From: Octopus bimaculoides
Taxonomy: Eukaryota
Reading direction: 5' to 3'
Assembly (NCBI RefSeq): GCF_001194135.2
Contig: NC_068983.1
Location: 84,400,397-84,464,396 of the forward strand
Length of the DNA stretch: 64,000 bases
Part shown: positions 1 through 11,424 of the stretch, piece by piece
Position numbering within the stretch: the first letter of the stretch is position 1
Layout: each line of letters opens with the position of its first letter
Translations under genes and position numbers: made by a program
Notes under the pieces: generated by a model
What the model was told of the DNA's origin: nothing
Database searches by the model: none
The model's input: the letters and a program-made list of their open reading frames with translations, nothing else

Positions 1-360
1 GCAGTTGGCTCTCAGTCATGTGGTGAACCAAAGAAGAGACACAAAGACTCTCTCAAAACAAATGTGAAAAAGGTATAACTTAGAGCAGTCTACTTGAGAA
101 CATCTTGCTCAAAATTGCTCACTGTGGTAGTGCTGTGTACTCTAGAATACATCACTCAGAATCAGAAATGATCAGAGAAACAAAAGAGAAGAGGGCTGCA
201 TGGAAAGCAAGTGTCCCACCAGGTCCTAACTCTGCTACTATGTGCTCCCACTGTACTCATGGATTTTATGCCTATATTGGCCAAATAAGCCACCTTAGGA
301 ATAAAGAGTAAAGCCACTAATCTGTAATCATCTTCAATGACATGAAGAATGAATGTCAGA
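1..360 (+). mobile_element. 3' end of a decayed RTE (BovB-like) LINE
   Basis: Translation gives GEPKKRHKDSLKTNVKK and then CSHCTHGFYAYIGQISHLR, the C-terminal CxxC...IGLISHLR motif of RTE/BovB ORFs. Stops and frameshifts are present. Confidence 0.75.
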
Positions 361-429
361 TGTAAATTGAGGGAAACTTGAGTACTATTTCTATCAGGTG
401 AAGCGCTTTCATAGATGCACTCTTGTTGG

Positions 430-700
430 TACAGAGTAATAAAGTTATTAGTATAACTTTTTCATATTATAATATTCTATTGTTAAAAGGTAGTGAGCTG
501 GCAGAAACGTTAGCATGCTGGTCGAAATGCTTAGCGGCATTTCGTCTGTCTTTACGTTCTGAGTTCAAATTACGCCAAGGTCGACTTTGCCTTCATCCTT
601 TCGGGGTTGATAAATTAAGCACCAGTTGCGTACTGAGTCGATCTAATCGACTGGCCCCCTCCCCAAAAATTTCGGGCCTTGAGCCTAGAGTAGAAAAGAA
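430..700 (+). mobile_element. tRNA-derived SINE, family A (GAGCTGGCAGAA...GTTCTGAGTTCAAAT head)
   Basis: Pol III A/B-box-like head. The same sequence recurs at 9108-9297, 12000-12140(-), 35262-35310, 40640-40765(-), 53950-54780(-) and 55480-55625(-). Confidence 0.85.
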
Positions 701-948
701 TATTCTATTGTTAATTTGTTTTGTTCTTTTTTTCTCTATTTCTGTTGTTCAGAATCACAAGCCAAGAAAGAGCATGAGAATGATTGAATATTAGTCTGAC
801 ATAGTTTACATTCTTATTTGTTAATAGGATTTTGTCAATAACAAATAAGAATGTAAACAATGTCAGACTGTAATATTCAATCATTCTCATACTCTTCCTT
901 GTCAAGAAACTACACCCAAAGGTTTTATTTTATTCAATGGTAAATAAT

Positions 949-1022
949 GTTTGTCATTGTTGTCGTCGATGTCATCATCATCCTCATTGTTGTCGTCATT
1001 GTCATCGTCGTTGTTGTTATTA
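949..1022. repeat. Compound (GTT/GTC/CAT)n microsatellite
   Basis: Directly visible trinucleotide runs forming the tail of the adjacent minus-strand element. Confidence 0.9.
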
Positions 1023-1385
1023 TCGTATTAACATCCACATTTCTGTATTTGCATGAGTTGGACAGAGTTCACCGAGACAGATTCCATTCTTGTTACTGAT
1101 CTTCACCTGTTTGCAAGCGAGATAATATTTCCCCATGGCCAAACATGTTTTTACAGCATTATCTCTTCCAACCTGTGGTGTTTGAGACGTTCGGAGGGAC
1201 TGGGCCACTAATTGCAAAATTCTTGTCAATGTTGGCAGCTCACCTCACATAGGAGTCAGGTGATGCCCGTGAAGGTGCTCGGCTTTCCCAACGCCTTAGC
1301 CTCACCATCACCAGCATACGAGTGTGCTGGCTTGTTTCAGTAGGTTCCCTTAAACCATGTGGTGTGCGACCAGTTGCTGTGATAA
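1020..1385 (-). mobile_element. Unclassified retroposon 3' fragment (family E)
   Basis: The ...CCATGGCCAAACATG... segment recurs at about 20755-20930 and ends in a trinucleotide tail. Confidence 0.5.
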
Positions 1386-1669
1386 AAAAAAATTCCCCAT
1401 AAATGGTTTCAATAGTTTTAACAGAAAGTTTTGGAAGAATTAGATTAAAGTTCTCCAGTAATTTTCTTTCATGTAAATAAATGTTTATGTTAATTTAAAA
1501 ATTTGCCAGCAAATTCTTGTAAAATGACAATGTTCTAAAAGATGTACATGTTTATATGTTATATAGGAAAATAAAAATTTTATATTAAAATTGGAAATGA
1601 GTGACACTACTTATGTGATGGTAACACATTTCCAACTGCCACATGATGTCAATACAGAGACACACACAA

Positions 1670-1705
<36 letters not shown>

Positions 1706-1714
1706 GGCATATAC

Positions 1715-1865
1715 ACTGGGTTGCTTTCACATTCTGTCTACCAAATCTACTGGTGAAGCTTCAGTTGTCCTGGGGCTATGGTAGAAGACATTTGCTTAAG
1801 ATTCCATATAGTGGAACTGAACCTGGAATCATGTGGTTGGGAAGCAAACTTCTTAACCATACAGA
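1715..1865 (-). mobile_element. tRNA-derived SINE, family B (GGCTGTGTGGTAAG...CTTGGGCAAGTGTCTTCT, CORE-like)
   Basis: Recurs at 16425-16560(-), 18780-18885, 27015-27180(-), 27580-27740, 36965-37130, 39730-39850, 47038-47180, 60420-60570 and 61975-62080, usually followed by (AT)n/(GT)n. Confidence 0.8.
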
Positions 1866-2419
1866 AGAACCAACTTTTATGCTTGGAGATTAAAAAAAAA
1901 AGACCTGCTAGATGAAGCACTGTAACAAGGGTCAGGCATTCTATTTCTAATGCAGAGTTATCAGCCAGCACCTTACTACAGCTATTATGTTCAATTTGTC
2001 CAGGTAATAATAGGCTCCATTACTTCATTACAAAGTGGTTAATGGCTGGATTAACAGCTAATTTTTAAATAATTACTTCAATAAAAAAAATCATCCTGCC
2101 AAAGCTAGAATATAAAAAATAGTTTAAAAAAAAAAAGAATATTTTGAAGGAGAGATGATGTAATCTTATCTTTCTTTTAGACCTTTTTGACTAGTTGCAT
2201 GAATAACTGCATGAGATTAATGTAAATAATGTTCAGTTTGAATATCTTAAGGTAGTGGTTAAAAGTAAAGCATAATTAGAAAGGTATTTCAGAGAAATGA
2301 AGCAGTTCACAGGAATGTTGGTAAGAAATTTGTTTTGGGGTCATGGATATATAACAAAATAAGTATGGCAATATATATAGACATAGAGGGAGAAAGAGGG
2401 GGGGAGTTGGATCAAGCGA

Positions 2420-5400
2420 AGGGATCTTAAGGGATCACTTTGTAGCTGGCAACTTCAATGGGCGTGTTGGACAACATGCAGGAGGCTTCCATGGCATATA
2501 TGGAAGCTATGGTTTTGGTTCTCGCAATGAGGAGGGGACCAGGTTGCTGGAGTTCTGCGATGCAAATCATCTTATGGTTTGTAATACTAACTTCAGGAAA
2601 TCTGCCAGCCACCTACTCACCTACCAATCTGGTGGACACACTAGTCAAATTTCCTCACCAGGAAACAGGAAAGATAGCTACTTATAAATGCTAAAACCTT
2701 CCCAGGTAAAGAATGCACCCCACAACATAGAGAAGTAGTTAACAACTTCAGGATCAGGGCTTAATAGATGCCCAGAAGATGGCCAGCATGGAGAAGAAGG
2801 GTCTGGAAGCTTAAGGATCCTGCGAATAAACAGAGATTTAGAGACATATTACTCAAAGCTTTTAACAAAATAGAGGGAGATATAGCATCACATAATGTGG
2901 AAGATAACTGGAGGTTTCTGTGGGACAACCTGTTGCGGGCTACTGACCAGATCTGTGGATGGTGCAAAGTCCTCTCTCAACCCAAGGTAACATGGTGGTG
3001 GAACAATGTAGTTGACAGGGCCGTTAGGGAAAAGAAACAGGCATGGAAGGACTGGAAGAACAGTGGTAGCAGGGAACTGCATCAGATTTCCAGAAGGGAA
3101 GCAGATAAGAAAAAATTTGCCAATGTTCTGCGTCACAAGCACCAAAGACTTGAAGTGTTTCATGTTGCAAGACAGTGTGTGAGAGAGAATCATGATGCCA
3201 TAGGAGAGAAATGTGTCCACATGGATGATGGCTCACTTGCATTTGATGAGGCTGCAAGGAGAGAGAATTGGAAAGGCTGCTAAATGAAGAGAACAAATGA
3301 GAGAAAGAGAGTCTGCCAAATGTCGACTCAACACAGGGACCAGCTATCCGAATTGACAATATAAAGACAAGAAAAGCTCCTGGCTCATCAGGAATCACCA
3401 CAGAGATGCTTAAAATATCTGGCATTTTTCGGCTATAGTGTTGTCACTTGTATAGTCAATCAGGTGATACACGAAGGAGTCATGCCCAATGACTGGTGTA
3501 ACAGCACCATGGTCAACTGCTACACAGGTAAGGGTGATGCATTAGATACAAATAATTACGAGGTATCAAGTTGTTGGATCAGGTAATGAAAGTCACGGAG
3601 AGGGTCATAGCCTAACTAATTAGGGAGAGAGTCAGTCTAGACGAGTTTGGGTTTGTGCCAGGGAAAAGTACCACTGATGCTATATTTCTGGTAAGACAGC
3701 TGCAATAGAAATACCTAGCCAAAGATAAACTTCTGTACCTGGCTTTCATTGACATGGAGAAAGCCTTTGACAGGGTCCCCCAATCCCTTATCTGGTGGTC
3801 AATGCAGAAACTAGGGATAGATGAGTGGTTAGTGAGAGCTGTACAAGCCATGTACAGGGATGCTGTCAGTGAGGTGAGGGTTGGAAATGAGTACAGTGAA
3901 GAATTCTGGGTAGGAGTAGGGGTCCACCAAGGATCTGTCCTCAGCCCCCTTTATTCATCATAGTTCTCCAGGCAATAACAGAGGAATTCAAGACAGGTTA
4001 CCCCTGGGAGCTTTTCTATGCTGATGACCTTGCTCTAATTGCTGAGTCACTATGAAAACTAGAGAAGTTTCAGGCATGGAAGTAAGGTCTAGAATCAAAG
4101 GGCCTTAGAGTCAATCTAGTAAAAACTAAAGTCTTAATAAGTAGAAAGGCAAACAAACCACAAATCCCTTCAGGCAGATGGCCCTGCTCGATCTGTAGAA
4201 AAAGTGAAGGTAGAAACTCCATAAGATGTACCTGGTAAGCTATGGACACATAAGAAGTGCAGCAACATCAAAGGAAGACTAACTGAGAAGATAGTTTTTG
4301 TGTGTGGCAAATGCTCAGGATTGAAAATGTGCAGAAAACAGCTTCCATCACATTCCAGGAGGAAAAAACTTCAAGTAGTTGATAGCCTCCATTACCTAGA
4401 CGATCAAGTCAGAAGCGGGGGTGATTGCTCTGAGAGTGTAGCTGCTAGAATAAGAATAGCCTGGGCAAAGTTCAGAGAACTCCTACCTCTGCTGGTGACA
4501 AAGGGCCTCTCACTCAGAGTAATAGGTAGACTGTATGACGCATGTGTGCAAACAGCCATGCTACAAGGCAGTGAAACATGGGCAGTGAAACATGGGCAGT
4601 GAAACATGGGCAGTGACTGCTAAGGACATGCGTAAGCTTGCAAGGAATAAAGCTAGTATGCTCTGCTGGACGTGTAATGTCAATGTGCATACATGACAGA
4701 GTGTAAGTGCCCTGAGAGAACAGTTGAACTTAAGAAGCATTAGATGTGGTGTACAAGAGAAACGACTGCGCTGGTACGGTCATGTGTTGCATATGGATGA
4801 GGACAGCTGTGTGAAAAAGTGTCACACCCTAGCAGTAGAGGGAACCTGTGGAAGAGGTAGACTCAGGAAGACCTAGGATGAGGTGTTGAAGAATGACCTT
4901 TGAATGTTGGGCCTCACCGAGGCGATGACAAATGACCGAGACCTTTGGAGATATGCTGTACTTGAGAAGACCCAGCAAGCTAAGTGAGACCATAACCGTG
5001 GCCTATGCCTGTGCAGCATAACCAACCCATTTAAGAGTACCCTTCAGTCATTGGACAATAAACTGCGCTTGCGAAGACCGGTTGAGGCAAGTGAAGTTGT
5101 TGTCATGGTCGATGACAGTACCGCCTGATTGGCACCCATGCCGGTGGTACATAAAAAGCACCATTTAAGCATGTTCAATGTCAGTGCCAGCTGACTGGTC
5201 CATGCCAGTGGCATGCAGAAAGCACCATTCGAGCGTGGTCATTGCCAGTGCCACCTGACTGGCCCTCATGCCGGTGGCACATAAAAAGCACCCACTACAC
5301 TCTCGGAGTGGTTGGCGTTAGGAAGGGCATCCAGCTGTAGAAACATTATCAGATCGGATTGGAGCCTGATGCAGTCTTTTGGCTCACCAGCCCTCAGTCA

Positions 5401-5460
5401 AACCGTCCAACCCATGCCAGCAAGGAAAGCAGATGTTAAACGATGACGATGATGATGATA
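2420..5460 (+). mobile_element. 5'-truncated RTE-clade LINE pseudogene (APE endonuclease C-half, RT, PHD-like insert, 3' UTR)
   Basis: AGNFNGRVG and GFG.RNEEGTRLLEFC (APE), FIDMEKAFDRV, GVHQGSVLSP and YADDL (RT). Many stops and frameshifts. Ends in a (GAT)n tail at about 5443-5460. Confidence 0.93.
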
Positions 5461-6299
5461 GAGTTATATCATTCCTAGGCATTCAGAGACCAATGTAGAA
5501 ATGACAGAAGAACACTGCAGCTCAACATGAGCATGTGATTGGAGAATACTAGTGAGTAAAGTTTTGTAGATCACAACCCATGACCTTTTATTACATGGTG
5601 CAGAATATGACCATATATGTTTAATACAACAGCTCAAATATGTGAGCATAACTCTAATGCACAGTGTATACATGTGTCATATAGTTTGCAATTGTTCATG
5701 ACTGAAATACTTTGTTGCTTGAAAAGGAAATCAATTTTTGTTAGGAAATCTTGGCTATGTGATAAAAACAGATACTATAAAGCTTAGCTATTATAACAAT
5801 TGTGACGGTTTTAGCTGTTTTGCTCATGAGCTCTAAAGTATAGTGTTTTCTTGAATTGCATGTTCTCTAGGTTTTGATACTGTTAAATTAGACTTGTTTT
5901 TACAAGTCTCTGTTGCACAATCTTTTAAATTATATCTACCTATTAAGGAAAATTAGGTTACATGTTGACACGACTTTTGTTCAGAACAGGAATGAGGAGT
6001 ATAGTATAGTGTTGTGGTATATGTGATTATAGGTGACAGTTATAGCTTCTTTTATTGCCAACAGGTAAGTGTATGAAAGAGAGATAGTCACCTTGAGCTA
6101 CACATAATTTAATGGTAATGCAAAGAATAAAAAATGTAGAAAAGATAACTAAGCCCGGAGTTATACTCTAACTAATAAATGGATGGTCAGAAAGATCCTT
6201 GTTGACCTATTTTATCATTTTTCATAAGCTCCTCATAAGATAGGAGGAAAAGTTTCAAGCCAATCGCCTCAGAGGTTGTTTCTGAGGATCGCCTCAGAG

Positions 6300-7420
6300 G
6301 TTGTTTCTGAGGATAGAATAATATTCAAGGGGCTAAAATAGATGATAGTTTCCATTCTTCTTTTAATGACGTTTCATTCAGTTTCGGTTGTAGGACAGCT
6401 GTTATGATGAAATACCACTTTAATTTATTTTCTATCAGTTTTGTTGTCACTTTATTGCAGAAAGTTGGTCTATGGTTGAGTTTGTAACAGCTGATCTTGT
6501 CCGAGTATATCCTTGAAATGCTTGGCTGGTCCTCTATCATCATTAGGAGTTTATACAATGTTTGTTTTCAATGTTTCAGTAGAGGTTCCTTTTTATACAG
6601 TTGTGGACCTCTAAATATCAAACTGGTACAACAGAATGTTTTCATTTATGATTTCAAAGGTAGTATATTTGGTAGCCATCAATATTTTTTTGTGTCATCG
6701 GCATAACTTGTTAGGTTGGCAGAGTGAACTTGTGATAGGGTGATAATAAACAATAATGATCCTAGAACTGTTCCCTGAGGTATACCTCTTATTACAGGTA
6801 ACTTAGCAGAGAGAAAATCACTTACAGCAACAAATTGACTCTTACTGCATAGGAAGTCAAAGAACCATTCTCTGAGTTTTCTTGTGAAACCAAGACCCCT
6901 TAACTTATAATAGATGATTCCATGATCAATCTTGTCAAACGCCTTAGCAAAATCAAGGTATATGCAGTCAGTATCCTTTCCTCTCGAGATTATTGAGAAT
7001 AGTGTTATGGTGCTGTAATAGTAGTGACAGGCAACTTCATCCAGTCCAAAAACCATGCTGTGTGTCATCTTAGAGGTTGTTTTCCTGAAGATGTGTAATT
7101 ATTCTTTTTTGGACAATGCATTCTATAACTTTAGATGAGTAAGATGTGAGAGAAACAGGTCCATAGTTTTTAGCCTCAGCCCTGCTACCTCCATTGCGTA
7201 TAAATCTTACTATTGTATCTTTCAGTAGATCTGGAAATAAGCCTGCATCAAGTGCCTTTTGAAATTAAATCTGTAATGGTTTTGCGAGATTGTTTTGCAC
7301 GTTTTTAACAGTATGGCTGGGAGACCATCTGGTCCAGATGCTGAATTTAAATCTAAGTCATTAATAGCTGTAAGTATATCATCTTCCATAATATCATTAA
7401 TGTCTCTGCAGTTGGGTTCT
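6300..7420 (-). mobile_element. CR1/L2-type LINE reverse transcriptase fragment
   Basis: SASGPDGLPAILLK, AKNYGPVSLTS, YLDFAKAFDKIDH, GIPQGTVLGSLLFII and YADDTK on the minus strand. Contains a 25-bp tandem duplication at 6263-6312. Confidence 0.88.
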
Positions 7421-8950
7421 GGGAATCAAAGAATTCATTTGGCTTATTTTATTAAGTACAGGTTGAGAAAATGCACTGTTATGCTGTTAACTCAAGAGTA
7501 CGCATATTTGTGATCAATCATTGGTGTATGACCCAGCTGATTTTTGTTTAGCAAAGTGATGAAAAACTTAGGATTAGATTTTATATTTTCCACTGCTCAG
7601 TGTTCCTTTAGCGAAATTTCTTTTGTTCTTTTTTTTTTTGTTCTTTATCTCATCTGTTAAGAGAGTTTGGTGTTTTAGCTATTTTATTAGTTTAGGTCTG
7701 TTATGCATTAGTATCCATCTATATCGTGGAATCAAATTCTTGTAGAAATAGGTGTGTTTATATGGGATATGCTTTTGACAGATCCTGATTATGTGATGTT
7801 GAATGTGAATGCCATAAGCAAGTTGCTGGCTGAGTTATGGAGGTTAGGTTGCCTTACTTGAAGTAATGTGCATAGTCACTTATATCATTATAGTACACAT
7901 TATGATTAAACAATTAAAGAATTGGATAACAATAAGGACAACTCAGAAATATGCAATTTGATTGATATGAGTTGTTTTGTTGGACTCCAGTGGTTAAAGA
8001 AAAGTTTGGTATGAGAGTTATTATCTGAAGGTGGTTTTCTTTCCTTGTTACTGGAATAATACAATGCTTCTCAAACTATCTGATATGGTGTATCGGCAGT
8101 TTTTTTTTTTTTTTCCAATGTGCCAGGGACCAGTAATATTTCTTAGTAATATTAATTTATACTGGAAACGATATACATAATGAATATAATAAAAGTTGAC
8201 AATTTTTTTTTATCTTATATTTATTTTGTAAACAAATAATACAATATTGCATAAGCATTTTATAATGTTTCTTTCTTTTCTGGAAACTGAGTACTGCAGC
8301 TGATGGCTTGCAGACTGGCTGGCACCAGTCCACAGACCACCACTTAGAGTAGCACTGGATTAATGGACATGCTATTGTGAGTATTCATACCTCAGAGTGA
8401 ATACTTGGGTAAAGAGAAAGATTAAGGAGAAATTGTAAAACAATAATAGGATATGAGAACACTCTGTGTGAGGGAGATATATAAAACACCATCCGGTTAG
8501 ATCAGCTTCATACACATTAGTTACTGAAATAATTACCACAATGGTGACTAAGTGCATATGATGGTGGGAGGAGTTTAAAAAATGTTTGTTGAATGTTTTG
8601 TAGAATAGAAGGCAAAAGTAATGATTGTGACACTGGTAATTATGTTAATGATTACGAGGGAATAAGAGAGAAGGAAAAATGTATAAAAAGCGGATGTACA
8701 ATCTTAGAGAGAAAATGCTATAATCAAATTAATAAAAAGTTTCATGAGTGTATTCTGTTGAAAAACATGATGGAAATGGTTTGTTTGTTTTTCAGTTTAT
8801 TTATTTATTCATACACTCTGAGCTCAAATTCCACCAAGACTAACTTCGCCTTTCATTTTTCAGGTTTGATAAAATAAATCATGTACTGGAAATGATGTAA
8901 CCCACTTCCCCCTCCCCTCAAAAACTGGTGGCCCTGTGCCCAAATTTGAA

Positions 8951-8964
8951 ATCATCATCATCAT

Positions 8965-8997
<33 letters not shown>

Positions 8998-9030
8998 TAG
9001 TAGTACTACTACTACTACTACTACTACTAT

Positions 9031-9104
<74 letters not shown>
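8951..9104. repeat. Compound microsatellite (ATC)(AGC)(AGT)(ACT)n
   Basis: Directly visible. The AGT run switches to its reverse complement ACT at about 9004. Confidence 0.95.
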
Positions 9105-9107
9105 TAA

Positions 9108-9297
9108 AGGCAGTAAGCTGGCAGAATCATTAGCACCCCAGGTTAAATGCTTAGTGGTATTTCACAGTATTACGTTCTAAGTTCAAATTCCGTTGAGGTT
9201 GACTTTGTCTTTCATCCTTTCAGGGTTGATAAATTAAGTACCAGTGAAAACCTGGAGTCGATACAGTTGACTTACCCCACCCACAAAATTAGTAGAA
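9108..9297 (+). mobile_element. SINE family A copy
   Basis: Matches 430-700. Confidence 0.8.
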
Positions 9298-9300
9298 AGG

Positions 9301-9359
<59 letters not shown>

Positions 9360-9370
9360 CATTATTACTA
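9301..9370. repeat. (TTA)n microsatellite
   Basis: Directly visible. Confidence 0.95.
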
Positions 9371-9568
9371 TGTTGTTTTTTTTTCTTCTTTCTTCAAATT
9401 TTCTTCCATTTCTCGCCGAGTGTTTTCCGTACACCTAGGGCAGAGAAACTCATTGTATGAATTCGCAGTTTACACACGCAAATTCACAGGTAAAACATGT
9501 ATATAAGAATAAAAAATTTTTAAAAAATTTCTTTTAATTCATGAATGGATGTTGTTTTCACAGCAATA

Positions 9569-10069
9569 NNNNNNNNNNNNNNNNNNNNNNNNNNNNNNNN
9601 NNNNNNNNNNNNNNNNNNNNNNNNNNNNNNNNNNNNNNNNNNNNNNNNNNNNNNNNNNNNNNNNNNNNNNNNNNNNNNNNNNNNNNNNNNNNNNNNNNNN
9701 NNNNNNNNNNNNNNNNNNNNNNNNNNNNNNNNNNNNNNNNNNNNNNNNNNNNNNNNNNNNNNNNNNNNNNNNNNNNNNNNNNNNNNNNNNNNNNNNNNNN
9801 NNNNNNNNNNNNNNNNNNNNNNNNNNNNNNNNNNNNNNNNNNNNNNNNNNNNNNNNNNNNNNNNNNNNNNNNNNNNNNNNNNNNNNNNNNNNNNNNNNNN
9901 NNNNNNNNNNNNNNNNNNNNNNNNNNNNNNNNNNNNNNNNNNNNNNNNNNNNNNNNNNNNNNNNNNNNNNNNNNNNNNNNNNNNNNNNNNNNNNNNNNNN
10001 NNNNNNNNNNNNNNNNNNNNNNNNNNNNNNNNNNNNNNNNNNNNNNNNNNNNNNNNNNNNNNNNNNNNN
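9569..10069. other. Assembly gap (other gaps: 23583-23592, 34359-34368, 35060-35206, 38789-39501, 48669-49630, 51122-51283, 58131-58140)
   Basis: Runs of N. Confidence 1.
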
Positions 10070-10340
10070 CCGACATATTGTCCAGTGTAAATACTGGCCG
10101 ACTCTGTCATGTCTTGCTTTATATTCTACAGGTGCTAAGACTCTATACCCTGAGATTAGGTGGTCTATAGTTTCAATCGCATTGTTACAAAATCGGCATT
10201 TTGGGTCAGCTCCATTTTTTATCACATTGGCTTGGTAGTTCTGGGTTAATAAGCTTTGGTCTTGAGCAGCCAATATGAAACCTTCACACTCTGCTTTTAG
10301 CCCTGAACTTCGTAACCACTGATGCGTGCGTTTCTGGTCG
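10070..10340 (-). mobile_element. Dong/R4-clade non-LTR retrotransposon fragment (CCHC region preceding the restriction-like endonuclease), running into a gap
   Basis: WLRSSGLKAECEGFILAAQDQSLLT..Y...KCRFC...ETIDHLISG..VLAPVEYKARHDRVGQYLHW fits the R4/Dong C-terminal signature. The 5' truncation abuts (AAT/GAT)n at 10341-10361. Confidence 0.85.
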
Positions 10341-11128
10341 ATTATTATCATCATTATTATTTTGTTTGAAAATAGAGGAAATTGCAGCATAACAAAGTTG
10401 AAAAATTTGAAGATCATTTTTTCCTCTGAGAAAAATATTTACAGAGTAAAAGGAAATGATGAGATCAGATGCTTATGGCGAGTAGTAGAATATGTCTGGC
10501 AGGCAAGGAATGCTGAGATAATAATCATTCTTGGCACAATTAATAATAGAGATATTACTTATTTCTTATTTTTTCAATAAAAACGAAAATGAAAAACAAT
10601 TTTCCCATTTTGATAGAATGCTAGTCTATTGCTGGTTAAACTTCCCAGGTAGTTTCATACCGATTTCTCAGTTCAATAAACTGAAACAACATGAGATAAA
10701 TGTTTCATCCAAGAAAACAACACAATTCATTCCTTAGAAAATGAGACCACCACTCATTCTATGATATAAATTTACTGGTTTAAAATAATCTGAAAATTAA
10801 AACCATCAAAATTTTATGTTACTTTATGTTCCAAATACCAGTATAATAATGACAAAATTATTTTCCTAAATTTATTCATTTGAGCCTTAAAAGATCACCT
10901 CAAAAGTAAGGCTCATCTTAAACACTGAGTATAAAATCTGAACTGTAATATGCTCTGGTTCAGAATGTCACCAATATGTTATAATCTACACATAGTCTGA
11001 CTAAAAGGGAAAATGTGCAGTGTACTTCATCAACATACATTAGAACATGCTTCACTTAAAAATACTTGGCAATGTCACAAAGACATTGTACTCTGCCTCA
11101 CGTACTTCTCAGTCACTACATACTAATG

Positions 11129-11424
11129 CAGTGGTTCCCAAAGTGGGCAATGTTGCCCCCCTGGAGGCAGCGGAAAGTTCCAAGGGGTGTTGAAGAAAAG
11201 TGGGACAATAATGGGGGTGTGATTCATGTAAAAAGTGGGGCAGTAATGGGGTAGTAATTCATGTAAAAACAACAAGATAGGTTAAGTTTTATTTGTGAAA
11301 TACAGTTGTTTTGAATTTGCTTCAGAAAGAGGTCTATGTTTATGATAGTTAGTTGGGGTGGGGGTGCTAGAAATGTGATCTGAGTGTCAAGGGAGCGGCA
11401 CCCGAAAATATTTGGGAACCACTG
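11129..11424. mobile_element. hAT-type MITE
   Basis: Perfect 14-bp TIRs CAGTGGTTCCCAAA (11129-11142) and TTTGGGAACCACTG (11411-11424). The 8-bp flanks TACTAATG/ATCTAATG match at 6 of 8. Confidence 0.8.

Noticed and set aside
4568-4612. Three 14-bp direct repeats
   Set aside because: Slippage duplication inside the RTE pseudogene. There are no spacers, so it is not CRISPR-like, and no CRISPR array is present in the window.
8380-8410. GAGTATTCA/TGAATACTT hairpin resembling a miR-12 seed
   Set aside because: The stem is only about 9 bp and the sequence diverges from miR-12 after the seed. I recognised no conserved miRNA anywhere in the window.
8918-9506. Poly-Ser/Thr/Tyr/Ile ORFs (also 55226-55459, 29190-29516)
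   Set aside because: Translations of trinucleotide microsatellites and a minisatellite.
9539-10417. Long ORFs spanning N runs (also 34934-35331, 38637-39648, 48502-49694, 51070-51363)
   Set aside because: Length comes from untranslatable gap bases. Only the Dong/R4 and CR1-type parts carry real homology.
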